Shown in pieces: positions 48,831 through 62,306 of a stretch of DNA of 64,000 bases; the stretch's first letter is position 1; every line of letters begins with the position of its first letter. Origin of the DNA: Squalus acanthias (taxonomy: Eukaryota); assembly GCA_030390025.1 (NCBI GenBank), contig JASTWF010000034.1, positions 3,844,001 through 3,908,000 of the forward strand, read 5' to 3'. Made by a program: the position numbers and the translations under genes. The notes beneath the pieces are model-generated. The model was not told where the DNA came from and did not search any database. It saw nothing but the letters and a program-made list of their open reading frames with translations.

Positions 48831-50654
48831 AACTCTCAGAATGTCTGTTCGTAATTTCTGTCAGGATCTCTCTCAGGCCAATTATTTGAGAGAGTCATTT
48901 TAAAGTTAAACTGAACCTGTTCCAAAGACACAAGAGATGCAGAACTAGAATGTGTGCCAACACCTGCTGCCTCATCTGGTCTGCGAACCTTGGGTTTTAT
49001 ATATTCCACCATCTCCTGCGCTGAAGTCTCTGGCGTTGGCCAGACATTGTTTAACCATTTCATTGTCTTGGGGTGATTATTATGAGCACCTTAACCTGTT
49101 TCTGATCTACACAGGATGCAGCAGATCAGGAAAAGCATGGCCCTGGCCCGGGAGCTGATCTGGGCAAAAACTGTACCTCCAATCAACAATGCCATTTACT
49201 GCCTCTGCAAATATATCATACTGTTCCACAATGCAGTAATGTCAGAAACAGCCTTTGATCCCATATCCTAGATCAACTTTAAACACTCAAATCTTTCAGG
49301 TAATGAAACTAGATTTACCAGCCAGATTCCGAGCCACAAATTCAATAGTTTAAGACATAAAAATTGTCACAGAAATGTGATTTATTGTTGTTAATTTACT
49401 ATTGACAAATATACACAGAATTTGCGTCAATTAATTATAAACAGAAAGCAGGAAAAGCTATGACTTAACAAAAATAAATATGTGTCTTTCTTCCCGGCCA
49501 GCAGAACCAGTCAGACTGACTTGGACATGTTTATTCATATCTTGAATTAAAGATTTATAATTTACCTATTTCGCTTCTAATGTTTTTTCTCTCAAACATT
49601 CTCCAAAATATTAATCCCGCTCTTATCATGAAAAGTGTTGAATTATTTTAGGTTCTTCCCCACTAAAAGCGGGAAACAAACAAACAAGCTTCATTGTTCT
49701 CTAAATTTTTAATCTCCTATTTCAAACATTCAATCCAAATTAAATTGTACGTTATCAGTTTAATCAACGTATTTTCTGTGACTTTCTCAATTAACAAAGA
49801 GTGGTTTCTTCTAAAGTAGGTTCCTGCAATTCTTATACTTCATTACATAAATCCTGTTTCTATAAACAACCCCGATTTTAAACGCTCTTTATTTTTATCT
49901 TTAGATCTCCAACTTAAAATATATCCAAAATCCATCTCCAACATACACACACACACACAAACACCAAAATATACACACTTTAATCTGTATCTTTGTACAG
50001 TACACACAGCGGGTAAAAGGCAACAATTCACTCCAGCCTTGTTCTGTCCGGCACACTCGGCTGCACAGGACCAGGCGGGAGGGAGTCATCCTGTTTTGGA
50101 AGTTTTTTATTTCAGATTTATTTTATTTCAAAAGAACAGAATTCAAATTGACAACAGCCCAGGGAGGGATTTGAACTCGTGTTTTCTGTATTGTTTGCCC
50201 AGGCCTCCAGAATGACATCACCCCGAAACTATCAGCCTGGAGAATGGTTAATCTGTGAACAAACCTTCCTTCGGCCCTTGTCTGGGGTCTCAGGTTTGTG
50301 TATTGCCCCCATCTCTAGTTCCTTCATGTGTTTGAAGAGTTTGAAGTTAGTCAGACACGATCTGATTCTCACCTTATACAAACAAACAAAATCCGCATCT
50401 CCTTTCAACAATCCTATTTCCTGCTAATGCAAAGATCTCACATCGTTCCACAAGGCAGGAATGTCTGAAACATTCTCTGTATCAATATCCCAGTCAATTT
50501 TAAACACTGAAATATTTCAGATCGTGAAACTAGATATAACCAACAGAATCCGAGCATTATGCTTAAGATATAAAAATGTCACAGAAATGTGATTTATTGT
50601 TGTTATTTTAAAAAGTCAGGCTGAAATATTTCAGGGTACATTTCAATCAAGAAA

Positions 50655-50920
50655 AAATCAGAGAGGGAACAGAGAGAGAGGGAGAGAGTAAAAAAGAGAG
50701 GTGCAGAGGGAGAAGGAGAAAATTCGGGATAGAGGTAGCGTGTTGGCAGAATAGACGAAGAGAGAGCGAGAGATGGGAGATGGACGGCAGCAGAGAGGGG
50801 AAGGAGCGAAAGAGAGAGAGAGAGAAATAGAGATTGAGAGAGAGAAAGACAGAGGGAGAGAGAGGGAGAGAGAGAGAGAGGGAGCGACATGGAGAGAGAG
50901 AGGGAGTGAGGGAGTGAGAC
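50655..50920. repeat. (GA)n-rich microsatellite/low-complexity tract
   Basis: Purine-rich GAGA runs. Confidence 0.85.
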
Positions 50921-50921
50921 A

Positions 50922-51125
50922 CACAAACACTCCCAGGGCAAGTACAGCAAGGGTTAGATAGAGAGTAAAGCTCCCTCTACACTGTCCCATCAAACACTCT
51001 CAGGGCAGGTACAGCACGGGTTAGATACAGTGTAAAGATTCCTCTACACTGTTCCATCAAACACTCTCAGGGCAGGTACAGCAAGGGTTAGATACAGAGT
51101 AAAGCTCCCTCTGCACTGTCCCATG
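50922..51125 (-). repeat. 67-bp satellite, about 3 units
   Basis: Same unit as the other blocks. Confidence 0.9.
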
Positions 51126-51394
51126 CATGTTTTTGTCAAAAGGAATCATAAAACTCTACAAATAGTGTAATGATGCATTGTAAAAGAACAAAAACCTGAA
51201 AGAGGAAATGACAGACACCTGAAATGTTTAGATCCCAATATCGGAATTATCAGCAATTGTAAACACAGACTGCACTACGAAGGGCACAGGTTTATGCAGT
51301 TGAGTGTCGGTGAGATGTGGATAATGGTCGAGAGATTTATTGAAAGGGCTACAAGGAATATAGGAAGGGTCGAGGAGTTCGGAAGCTTGGAGAG

Positions 51395-52535
51395 GTTTAG
51401 GGCTCATGGGACTGGGGGTAATATATTAGCATGGATTGAGGATTGGCTATCGGACAGAAAACAGAGAGTCATAATAAAAGAGTCATATTCGGGTTTGCAG
51501 GCTGTAACTAATGGGGTACCGCAAGGATCAGTGCTTGGGCCTCAGCTATTCAGAATTTATATCAATGATTTGGATGAGGGAACCAAATGTAATGTATCCA
51601 AGTTTGCTGATGATAAATGCTGGGTGGGAATGTAAGATGGGAGAGGTTGCAAGGAGGCTTCAAGGGGATATAGACAGGCGATGTGAGTGGGCAAGGACAG
51701 GGCAAATTGATTATAACGTGGAGAATTATGAAGTTATCCACTGTCGTCGGAAAATAGAAAAACAGAGTATTTTTTAACTGGTGAGAGATTGGAAAATGTT
51801 GTTGTTCAGAGGGATTTGGGTGTTCTTGTACACGGATCACTGAAAGTTAACCTGCAGGTACAACAAGCATTTAGGAAAACAAATGGTATGTTGGCCGTTA
51901 TTACAAGAGTATTTGAGTATAAGAGTAAAGACGTCTTACTGCAATTATATAGGGCCTTGGTGAGACCACACCTGGAGTATTGTGTACAGTTTTGGTCTCC
52001 TTACCTAAAGAAGGATATACTTGCCATACAGGGAGTGCAACGAAGGTTCAGCAGACTTGTTACTGGGATGGGGGGATTGTCCTTTGTGGAGAGATTTAGT
52101 AGACTAGGCCTATATTTTATAGAGTTTAGCAGAATGAGAGGTGATCTCATTGAAAAAAAGAAAATTCTTACAGGGCTTGACAGGGTAGATGCAGGGAGGA
52201 TGTTTCCTCTGGCTGGGGAGTCTAGAACCAGGGGTCAGAGACTCAGAATAAGTGGTCGGCCAATTAGGACTGAGAAGAGGAGAAATTTCTTCACTCAGAC
52301 GATGGTGAATCTTTGGAATTCGCTACCACAGAGGGCTGTGGAGGCTCAGTCGTTGAGTTTATTCAAGACAGAGTCGATAGATTTTTGAATAATAAGGTAT
52401 CAAGGGATATGGGGATAGTGCAGGGAAGTGGAGATGAGGTAGAAGATCAGCCATGATCTTATTGAATGGCGGAGCAAGCTCTAAGGGGCAAATGGCCTAC
52501 TCATGCTCCTATTTCATATATTCTTACGTTCTTAT
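51395..52535 (+). mobile_element. CR1 3' fragment
   Basis: GVPQGSVLGPQLF, KFADD, ORF 51789..52388, 3'UTR and tail. Confidence 0.92.
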
Positions 52536-52588
52536 GACAGAGCTAGAAGCAGAGGAGTTCGAAATTGCATCAGGTTCACCAATACACA

Positions 52589-52657
52589 GCAGTACTGCGC
52601 AGCAGCCAGCAGAGGGAGCTGGTGGTGCAATACTGCACAACGGCCAGAGGAGGGAGC
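52589..52657 (+). promoter_or_regulatory. Two tandem CTCF-like sites, each with an upstream motif
   Basis: GCAGTAC...CCAGCAGAGGGAGC and TGCAATAC...CCAGAGGAGGGAGC, identical spacing, period 38. Confidence 0.55.
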
Positions 52658-53811
52658 AGCAGCACCAGACACACTCCGATCCTGTAGAACAAGGAGGGTG
52701 TTACTTGCTGGAGTTAAAATCGACACATCGGACATATCAGCTTAGAATGGAGGCATCTGTGACATGGTATTACACAGATCAACAAGTTAGTAACTTGTGT
52801 GGAATACTAATTCAAATTACATTGTGGGCGAAGGAACAAGTTGGAAGAAGCTCACATTTACAGGTGAACTATTTAGGACTGATATCAGGAGAATGATCAA
52901 CACTTCCAATGGACTCCAGGCCCAGCGATGGTGGTGAAAGCCCCGGAATGATTTAGGAAACAACTGGATTGAGCAATGGGGTGAAGACTATAGTTGTTCT
53001 GGAGGGATAAATTAAAATGGGCTGAATGGCCCAGAGCAGGAGATTTAATACAATGTTGAAAACCGGCAGCGTGTGGGAGGAAGGGGAGAAAGAGGCAAAA
53101 GAGCCACAGCTAAGATCACCTTGGAAACAACTGGCCCCGAATCTGTGTTAAATCCACCCACTGTACTTAAACACATTTAGTGTCACATTCATACATTGAT
53201 GCATTTGAGAAATATATGTGATTTAACGCTGTCTCTGGTCTAAAATAACTGCTTTATATATTTGATCCCACCCGCTGTGTTTAGGCTCTGTCCTGAATCT
53301 TTAGCTCTAACTTAGAATCAGTTTATCATCTGGAGACAAGGTTTCAGCAGCCGGCGGGCAGGAAGCAGAGCCTGAGGCTGATCTGTGTCATGTGGCAGCA
53401 GAACACAATATTCCTGCTGTTTATTTTCATTAGCCTGCAGAATATTGGATACTGTTCTCAACATGTTATACTCCTCTTCAATATCGGAGGGTTTAGTTTA
53501 TTGTAATGATCTCTACGACTCCTTTCAATTTACTGAATTTGCAGCAAATTGAATATCACGAAACCAGCGAAATGGTCATTGCCGAGATTAAACACTCAGT
53601 GCAGGATCCGCGTTTTGTGAATTTCAGCTGACCGCTGCACTTAAACAGCTGCGATATCCGAATGGTAAAGGCGTTGGAGTCGAAATTTCAGAACTTTGCC
53701 TGGGAACGTTCGAACACTGTTGCAAAACTTGTTGTATTTTAACGTTAATAAATCTAATTTGTTAGAAAAGTTTGAAGCCTTGATTGATCTGAGCTCCGAT
53801 CACCCTAAGAG

Positions 53812-56800
53812 AAACATAAGAAATAGAAGCAGGAATAGGCCACTTGGCCCCTCGAGCCTGCTCCGCCATTCAATAAGATCATGGCTGATCCTGGGCTCAA
53901 AGCCACTTCCCAGCCCGCTCCCCATAACCCTTCACTCCCTTATCTTGCAATAATGTGTCTGTCTTCACTTTAAATGTATTTAGTGACCCAGCCTCCACAG
54001 CTCTCTTGGGCAGAGAATTGCACAGATTTACGAGCCTCTGAGAGAAGAAATTCCTCCTCATCTCAGTTCTAAATGGGCGACCTTTTATTCTGAGACTGTG
54101 CCCCCGAGTTCCAGGTTTCCCCATGAGGGGAAACATCCTCTCTGCATCTAACCTGTCGAGCCCCTCAGTATAATATATGTTTCGATAAGATCACATCTCA
54201 TTCTTCTAAATTCCAATCAGTATAGGGCCAGCCTGCTCAACCTTTCCTCATAAGTCAACCCCCTCATCTCTGGAATTAACCTGGTGAATCGTCTCTGAAC
54301 TGCCTCCAATGCAAGTATACCCTTCCTTGCATAAGGAGACCAAAACTGTACGCAGTACTCAAGGTGTGGTCTCACCAATACCTTGTACAGTTGTAGCAGG
54401 ACTTCCCTGCTTTTATACTCCAACCCCCTTGAAATAAAGGCCAACATTCCATTTGCCTTTTTGATTACTTGCTCTAGCTGCATGCTAACTTTTTGTGTTT
54501 CATGCACAAGCACCCCCAGGTCCCTCTGAACTGTAGCATTTTGTAAACTCTCTCCATTTAAATAATAGTTTGTTTTTTTATTTTTCCTGCCAAAGTGTAT
54601 AACCTCGCACTTTCCCACATTATACTCCATCTGCCAAATGTTTGCCCACTCACCTAGCCTGTCTATATCCCTTTGCAGATTCATTGAGTCCTCTGCACAA
54701 CTTGTTTTTCCACTCATCTTTGTATCATCCGCAAACTTGGCTACATTACACTCGATCCCTTCATCCAAGACATTAATGTAGATTATAAATAGTTGGGGCC
54801 CCAGCACCGATCCTTGTGGCACCCCACTAGTTACCGTTTGTCAACCAGAAAATTACATATTTATCCCGAATCTCTGCTTTTTGTTAGTTAGCCAATTATC
54901 TATCCATGCTAATATATTACCCCCAATTCCGTGAGCTCTTATCTTTTGCAGTAACCTTTTATGTGGCACCTTATGGAATGCCTTCTGGAAATCCAAATAC
55001 TGGTTTACCCTTGTCCACCCTGCTTGTTACATCCTCAAAGAACTCTAGCAACTTTGACTGCAGTATATTTTTCTAAATGCCCTGCTACTGCTTCCTTAAT
55101 GAAGAACTCCAGCATTTTACCAACGACAGATGTTAGGCTAACTGGTCTATAGATTCCTGCTTTCTTTCTCCCTACTTTCTTAAATAGCGGTGTTACATTA
55201 ACGGTTATCCAATCCGCTGGTACCTCTCCAGAATCAAGGGAATTTTGGGATATTGCAACCAATGCATGCAGTATCTCTGCAGCCACTTCTTTTAAGACCC
55301 TGAGATACATGCCATCTGTTCCAGGGGACTTGTCGTCTTTTAGTCCCATTATTTTACCGAGTACTGTTTCCTTAGTAATAGTGATTGTCCTTAGTTCCCC
55401 ACTCCATTTGGCCCCTTGATTATCTATTATTGGGATGTTGTGAGTGTCTTCTAAAGTGAAGAGCGATGCAAAATATTTGTTCAGAGTCTCTGCCATTTCC
55501 CCGTTCCCCATTATTAATTCCCAAGTCTCATCCTCTAAGGGAACAACGTTTACTTTAGCTACCCTCTTCCTTTTTATATACCTGTAGAAGCTCTTACTAT
55601 CTGTTTTAATGTTTCATGCCAGCTTACTCTCATAATTCATCTTCTCTCCATTTATTACTTTTTTAGTCATCCTTTGTTGGTTTTTAAAATTTTCCCAATC
55701 CTCTGGTCTCCCACCAATCTTGGCAAAATTTTATGCCTTCGTTTTCAATTTGATGCCATCCTTTACTTCCTTAGTTTGCCACGAATGGTGCTCCCTTCTC
55801 TTAAAATCTTTCTTTATCAGTGGAATATATTTTGTTGAGAGTTATGAAATATCTCCTTAAATGTCCGCCACTGCATTTCAACCTTCTTACCCTTTAATTT
55901 GTTTGTCCAGTCCACTTTAGCCAGTTCTGCCCTCATGCCATTATAATTGCCTTTGTTTAAGATCAGGACACTGGTTTGGTATCCAACTTTCTCACCCTCC
56001 AACTGAATTTGAAATTCAACCATGCTATGATCACTCTTTCCTAGAGGATCCTTTACTATGAGATCATTTATTAATTCTGTCTAATTACATAGTACCAGAT
56101 CCAAGATAGCCAGCTCCCTGGTTGGTTCCATTACATACTGTTCTCGGAAAACATCCCGGATACACTCTATGAACTCCTCCTCCAGGCTTCCATGGCCAAT
56201 TTGATTTGTCCAATCAAAATGGAGATTAAAATCACCAATGATTATTACCGGACCATTTTTACAGGCCTCCATTATTTGTAGATTTATACTCTGTCCAACA
56301 GCATTGCTACTGTTTGGGGGCCTGTAGACTACGCCCACCAGAGACATTTTCCCCTTAATGTTTTTATCTTCACCCAAACCGATTCTACATCTTGATCTTC
56401 TGAGCCAATATCACTTCTCACCACTGCACTAATCCCATCGTTTACCAACAAAGCCACCCCACCTCCCTTTCCTTTCTTTCTATCCTTCCGAATTATCATA
56501 TACCCTGGAATATTCAGTTCCCAGCCCTGGTCGCCTTGCAACCAAGTCTCTGCAATGGCGATCAGATCATACCCATTTGTATCTATTTGTGCCGTCAACT
56601 CATTTAACTTGTTACGAATGCTGCGTGCATTCAGATATAGAGCTTTTAACTTTGTCTTTTCACCATTTTTCCTTGTTTTTACCTTTTTTCTGTTACACTC
56701 TTATTTTTAAGCATTCTGTCCCTTCCTGTCACACTCTGGTTATTATTTCCCCCATCTCTAGCCTGCTCTGTTGCTTTCTCATTTCTCATTGACTTTTAAT

Positions 56801-58292
56801 TTTCCCACTCACCTGGATCCTCCCACCGACTATTTAGTTTAAAGCCCTCTCTACAGCCCTAGTTATTCGATTTGCCAGGACTCTAGCCCCAGCATGGTTC
56901 AAGAGAAGCCCGTCCAAACGGAACAGCTCCTTCTTATCCCAGTACTGATGCCAGTGCCCCACAAATGGAAACCCATTTCTCCCACACCAGTCTTTGAGCC
57001 ACTCGTTCATTTCTCTGATCTTATTTACCATGTGCAAATTCGCTCGTGGCTCAGGTAGTAATCCAGAGATTATTACCTTTGTGGTTCAGCTTTATAATTT
57101 AGCCCCTAGCAGCTCATACTCTCTCAGCTGAACCTCTTTCTTTGTCCTACCTATATCATTGGTACCTACGTGGACCATGACAACTGGATCTTCCCCCTCC
57201 CACTCCAAGTTTCTCTCCAGCCCAGAGGAGATGTCCTTAACCCTGGCACCGGGCAGGCAACACAGCCTTCGGGGCTCACGCTCATGGCTGCAGAGAACAG
57301 TATCTATACCCCTCACTATACTGTCCCCAATCACTACAATATTTCTTTTTGCTCCCCCCACTTGAATGGCTCCCTGTACCACGGTGTTGTGGCCAGTTTG
57401 CGCATCCTCCCTGCCATCCCTGGCCTCATCCACACAGGGAGCAATAATCTTGTACCTGTTGGACAAGGCCTAGGGCTAAGGCTCCTCCACCACTTCCTCC
57501 TGGAACCCAATACCTGCCTCGCTTGTAGTCACACCCTCCTGTCCCTGACCATGGGCCAAATTGGAAGTAATTATTCTAGTGGGTGTGACTGCCTCCTGGA
57601 ACTTAATGTCCAGGTAATGCTCCCCCTCCCTAATGTGTCGCAGTGTCTGAAGCTCAGACTCCAGCTCATCAACTCTGAGCCGAAGTTCATCGAGCAGCCA
57701 ACATTTGCTGCAGATGTGGTCGCCCTGGAACTCAATGGTGTCCACGTGCAACAACAACAACACAATTCCTGGTCTCCCAACTCAATTAATTAATTACTTT
57801 TAAAATTTGGAACGCTTATATCTTTTAATCTACACCAAGGCACTTAAATTTAGACGCTCAAGTTTGGGGAAAAAGCGAGAAATAGAGAAATACTCACCAA
57901 CCAATCACTTACCTGCTTTCTGGTGACGTCACACGTCGATTACTTTTTACTTGTTTACACTCACCGGTCCGTTGTATCTCAGCGGCTCCCGGGTTTTGAA
58001 CTCCTCCAGGTTTTGGCGCTCTCGCTCTGCCCCTGCTGCTTTTGAACTCTCCCGGGTTTTGAACTCTCCCGGGTTTTGACGCTCTCCCTCTGCCCCCGCT
58101 GCTTTTGAACTCTCCCGGGTTTTGAACTTTCCCGGGTTTTGACGCTCTCCCTCTGCCCCCGCTGCTTTTGAACTCTCCCGGGTTTGAACTCTCCCGGGTT
58201 TTGACGCTCTCCCTCTGTGCACGCTGCTTTTGAACTCTCCCGGGTTTTGAACCCTCCTGGGTTTTGGCGCTCTCGCTCTGCCCCCGCTGCTT
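53812..58292 (-). mobile_element. Near-full-length CR1 LINE (5'UTR, ORF1, ORF2, 3'UTR), inactivated
   Basis: ORF1: CxxC plus leucine zipper (57476..57763) and SGNH esterase (GDSIVRG, HVGTND). ORF2: endonuclease (IAETWL, GDFN) and RT (FADD). 3' tail present. Stops, frameshifts and a deletion near 55050. Inclusion of 57985-58292 as 5'UTR is inferred. Confidence 0.92.
57985..58292. repeat. About 63-bp composite tandem repeat at the CR1 5' end
   Basis: Repeated GGGTTTTGACGCTCTCCCTCTGCCCCCGCTGCTTTTGAACTCTCCCGGGTTTTGAACTCTCCC. Confidence 0.85.
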
Positions 58293-59840
58293 TTAGTATA
58301 CACGGGGGTATAATATGCAGGGGATTGTCACAGTGGTATAGTATACAGGGGAGTGTCACGGGTATAGTATACAGGGGTGGTGTCACGGGTATAGTATTAA
58401 GGGGAGTTACAGGGTTATAGTGTACAGGGGTGTCACAGGGGTGTAGCATACAGGGGGGTGTCACGGGGGTATAATATACAGGGGAGTGTCATAAGTTTAT
58501 ATTATACAGGGGTGTGTCACGGGTTTTGTATACAGGGGATGTCATGGGTATACTATACAGGGGAGTGTCAGGGGTATAGTATACAGGGGATGTGACGGGT
58601 ATTGTATAAAGGGGTGTGTCACGGGTATTGTATACAGGGTTTGTCACGGGTATAGTATACAGCTGTGCGTCACGGATATAGTATACAGGGGGTGTCACAG
58701 GGGTATAGTATACAGGGGGTGTCACAGGGGTATAGTATACAGGGGAGTGATACGGGTATAGTATACAGGGGTGGTGTCACGGGGGTTTTTACAGGGGTAC
58801 AGTGTACGAGGGGGTGTCACAGGGGTATAGTAATAAGGGGGAGTCTCACAGGGTTATAGTGTACAGGGGATGTCACAGGGGTATAGTATACAGGGGGTGT
58901 CACAGGGGTATAGTATACAGGGGAGTGTCACGGGTATAGTATACAGGGGTGGTGTCACGTGGGGTTTTACAGGGGTACAGTGTACGGGGGGGTGTCACAG
59001 GGGTATAGTAATAAGGGGGAGTCTCACAGGGTTATAATTTACAGGGGATGTCACAGGGTTGTAGTGTACAGGGGGTGTCACAGTCGTGTATTATACGGGG
59101 GCTGTCACAGGGGTATAGTATACAGGGGAGTGTCACGGGGTATAATATATGTGGGTGGTGTCACGGCTATAGTATACTGGGGAGTGTCACGGGTATAGTA
59201 TAAGTGGGTGGTGTCACAGCGCTATAGTATACTGGGGTGTGTCACGGGTATAGTATACAGGGGTGTCAGGGGTATAGTATACAGGGGTGTCGGGTTAGTA
59301 TACAGGGGGTGTCACGGGTATAGCATATAGTGGTGGAGTCACAGGGGTATAGTATACAGTGTGGTGTCACGGGAATAGTATACAGTGGGGTGTCACGGGG
59401 TATAGTGTACAGGGGGTGTCACGGATATAGCATACAGTGGTGGAGTCACGGGTATAGTTTACAGGGGGGTGTCACGGGTACATTATACAGTGGTGGTGTC
59501 ACAGGGGTATAGTGCACAGGGGGTGTCGCGGGTATAGTGTACAGGGGGTGTCACGGGAATAGTATACAGGGGGTGTCACGGGTATAGTGTACAGGGGGTG
59601 TCACGGGTATAGCATACATTGGTGGAGTCACGGGTATAGTTTACAGGGGGGTGTCACGGGTATAGTATACAGTGGTGGTGTCACAGGGGTATAGTGTACA
59701 GGGGATGTCACGGGTATAGTGTACAGGGGGTGTCACGGGTATAGCATACAGTGGTGGAGTCACAGGGGTATAGTATACAGTGGGGTGTCACGGGTATAGT
59801 GTACAGTGTGTTGTCACGGGAATAGTGTACAGTGGGGTGT

Positions 59841-60294
59841 CATAGAAACATAGAAACTAGGAGCAGGAGTAGGCCATTCGGCCCATCGAGCCTGCTCCAC
59901 CATTCAATACGATCATGGCTGATCATCCAAATCCAGTACCCTGTCCCTGCTTTCTCACACAGAATCCCCATCGAGCCTGCACCGACACATATCCCACCCT
60001 ATCCCCGTAACCCCACGTATTTAATTCCCCCTAACATATCCCGTCCTATCCTATCCCCGTAACCCCACATATTTAATCCCCCCCCTAACACTAAGGGTCA
60101 ATTTATCATAGCCAAATCAACCTAACCCGCACATTTTTGGACTGTGGGAGGAAACCGGAGCACCCGGAGAAAACCCACGCAGACACGGGGAGAATGTGCA
60201 AACTCCACACAGACAGTCACCCGAGGCCAGATTCGAACCCGGGTCCCTGGCACTGTGAGGCACCAGTGCTAACCACTATGCCACCGTGTTGCCC
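59841..60294 (-). mobile_element. Full-length tRNA-derived SINE (HE1/V-SINE type)
   Basis: A and B boxes, central domain, CR1 tail; flanked by TACAG(T)GGGGTGTCA on both sides. Confidence 0.92.
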
Positions 60295-62306
60295 AATACA
60301 GGGGGTGTCACGGGTATAGTGTACAGGGGGGTTTCACGGGAATAGTGTACAGTGGGGTGTCACGTGAATAGTATACAGTGGGGTGTCACGGTTATAGTGT
60401 ACAGGGTGTGTCATGGGTATAGTATACAGTGGGGTGTCACGGGTATAGTATACAGGGGGTGTCACGGGTACAGTGTACAGGGGGTGTCACGGGAATAGTA
60501 TACAAGGGGTGTCACGGGTATAGTGTACAGGGGGTGTCACGGGTATAGTATACAGTGGTGGTGTCACGGGTATAATGTACAGGTGGTGTCACGGGTATAG
60601 TGTACAGGGGGTGTCACGGGAATAGTATACAGGGGGTGTCACGGGGTATAGTGTACAGGGGGTGTCACGGGTATAGCATACAGTGGTGGAGTCACGGGTA
60701 TAGTTTACAGGGGGGTGTCACGGGTACATTATACAGTGGTGGTGTCACAGGGGTATAGTGTACAGGGGGTGTCACGGGTATAGTGTACAGGGGGTGTCAC
60801 GGGAATAGTATACAGGGGTGTCACGGGTATAGTGTACAGGGGGTGTCACGGGTATAGCATACATTGGTGGAGTCACGGGTATAGTTTACAGGGGGGTGTC
60901 ACGGGTATAGTATACAGTGGTGGTGTCACAGGGGTATAGTGTACAGGGGGTGTCACGGGTATAGTGTACAGGGGGTGTCACGGGTATAGCATACAGTGGT
61001 GGAGTCACAGGGGTATAGTATACAGTGTGGTGTCACGGGAATAGTATACAGTGGGGTGTCACGGGTATAGTGTACAGTGTGTTGTCACGGGAATAGTGTA
61101 CAGTGGGGTGTCACGGGTATAGTGTACAGGGGGGTGTCACGGGAATATTGTACAGTGGGGTGTCACGGGAATAGTATACAGTGGGGTGTCACGGTTATAG
61201 TGTACAGGGTGTGTCATGGGTATAGTATACAGTGGGGTGTCACGGGTATAGTATACAGTGATGGTGTCACGGGTATAATGTACAGGTGGTGTCACGGGTA
61301 TAGTGTACAGGGGGTGTCATGGGAATAGTATACAGGGGTTGTCACGGGTATAGTGTACAGGGGGTGTCACGGGTATAGTGTACCATGGTGGTGTCATGGG
61401 TATAGTGTACAGGGGGTGTCACGGGTATAGTGTACCATGGTGGTGTCATGGGTATAGTGTACAGGGGGTGTCACGGGTATAGTATACCATGGTGGTGTCA
61501 CGGGTATAGTGTACAGGTGGTGTCACGGGAATAGTATACAGGGGGTGTCACGGGTATAGTGTACAGGGGTTGTCACGGGTATAGTATACAGTGGGGTGTC
61601 ACGGGTATAGTGTACAGGAGGTGTCACGGGTATAGTATACAGTGGGTGTCACGGGTATAGTGTACCATGGTGGTGTCATGGGTATAGTGTACAGGGGGTG
61701 TCACGGGTATAGTATACCATGGTGGTGTCACGGGTATAGTGTACAGGTGGTGTCACGGGAATAGTATACAGGGGGTGTCACGGGTATAGTGTACAGGGGT
61801 TGTCACGGGTATAGTATACAGTGGGGTGTCACGGGTATAGTGTACAGGGGGGTGTCACGGGTATAGTATATAGTGGGGTGTCACGGGTATAGTGTACAGG
61901 GGGTATCACGGGTATAGTGTACAGTGGTGGTGTCACATGGGTATAGTATACAGTGTGATGTCACGGGAATGGTATACAGGGGGGTGTCACGGGTATAGTG
62001 TACAGGGGGTGTCACGGGAATAGTATACAGGGGGTGTCACGGGTATAGTGTACAGGGGGTGTCACGGGTATAGTATACAGTGGGGTGTCACGGGTATAGT
62101 GTACAGGGGGTGTCACGGGTATAGTGTACAGTGGTGGTGTCACAGGGGTATAGTATACAGTGTGATGTCACGGGAATAGTATACAGGGGGGTGTCACGGG
62201 GTATAGTGTACAGGGGGGTGTCACGGGAATAGTATACAGGGGGGTGTCACGGGGTATAGTGTACAGGGGCTGTCACGGGAATAGTATACAGGGGGGTGTC
62301 ACGGGT

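Noticed and set aside
50028..50090. Possible terminal coding exon DDSLPPGPVQPSVPDRTRLE* on the minus strand
   Set aside because: The acceptor lacks a polypyrimidine tract and the peptide is unrecognised; too weak to call
50603..50993. Leu/Ser-rich ORFs
   Set aside because: Translation of a (GA)n tract
52453..52896. 147-aa plus-strand ORF
   Set aside because: Starts in a CR1 3'UTR and ends in an old CR1-like remnant; no recognisable protein
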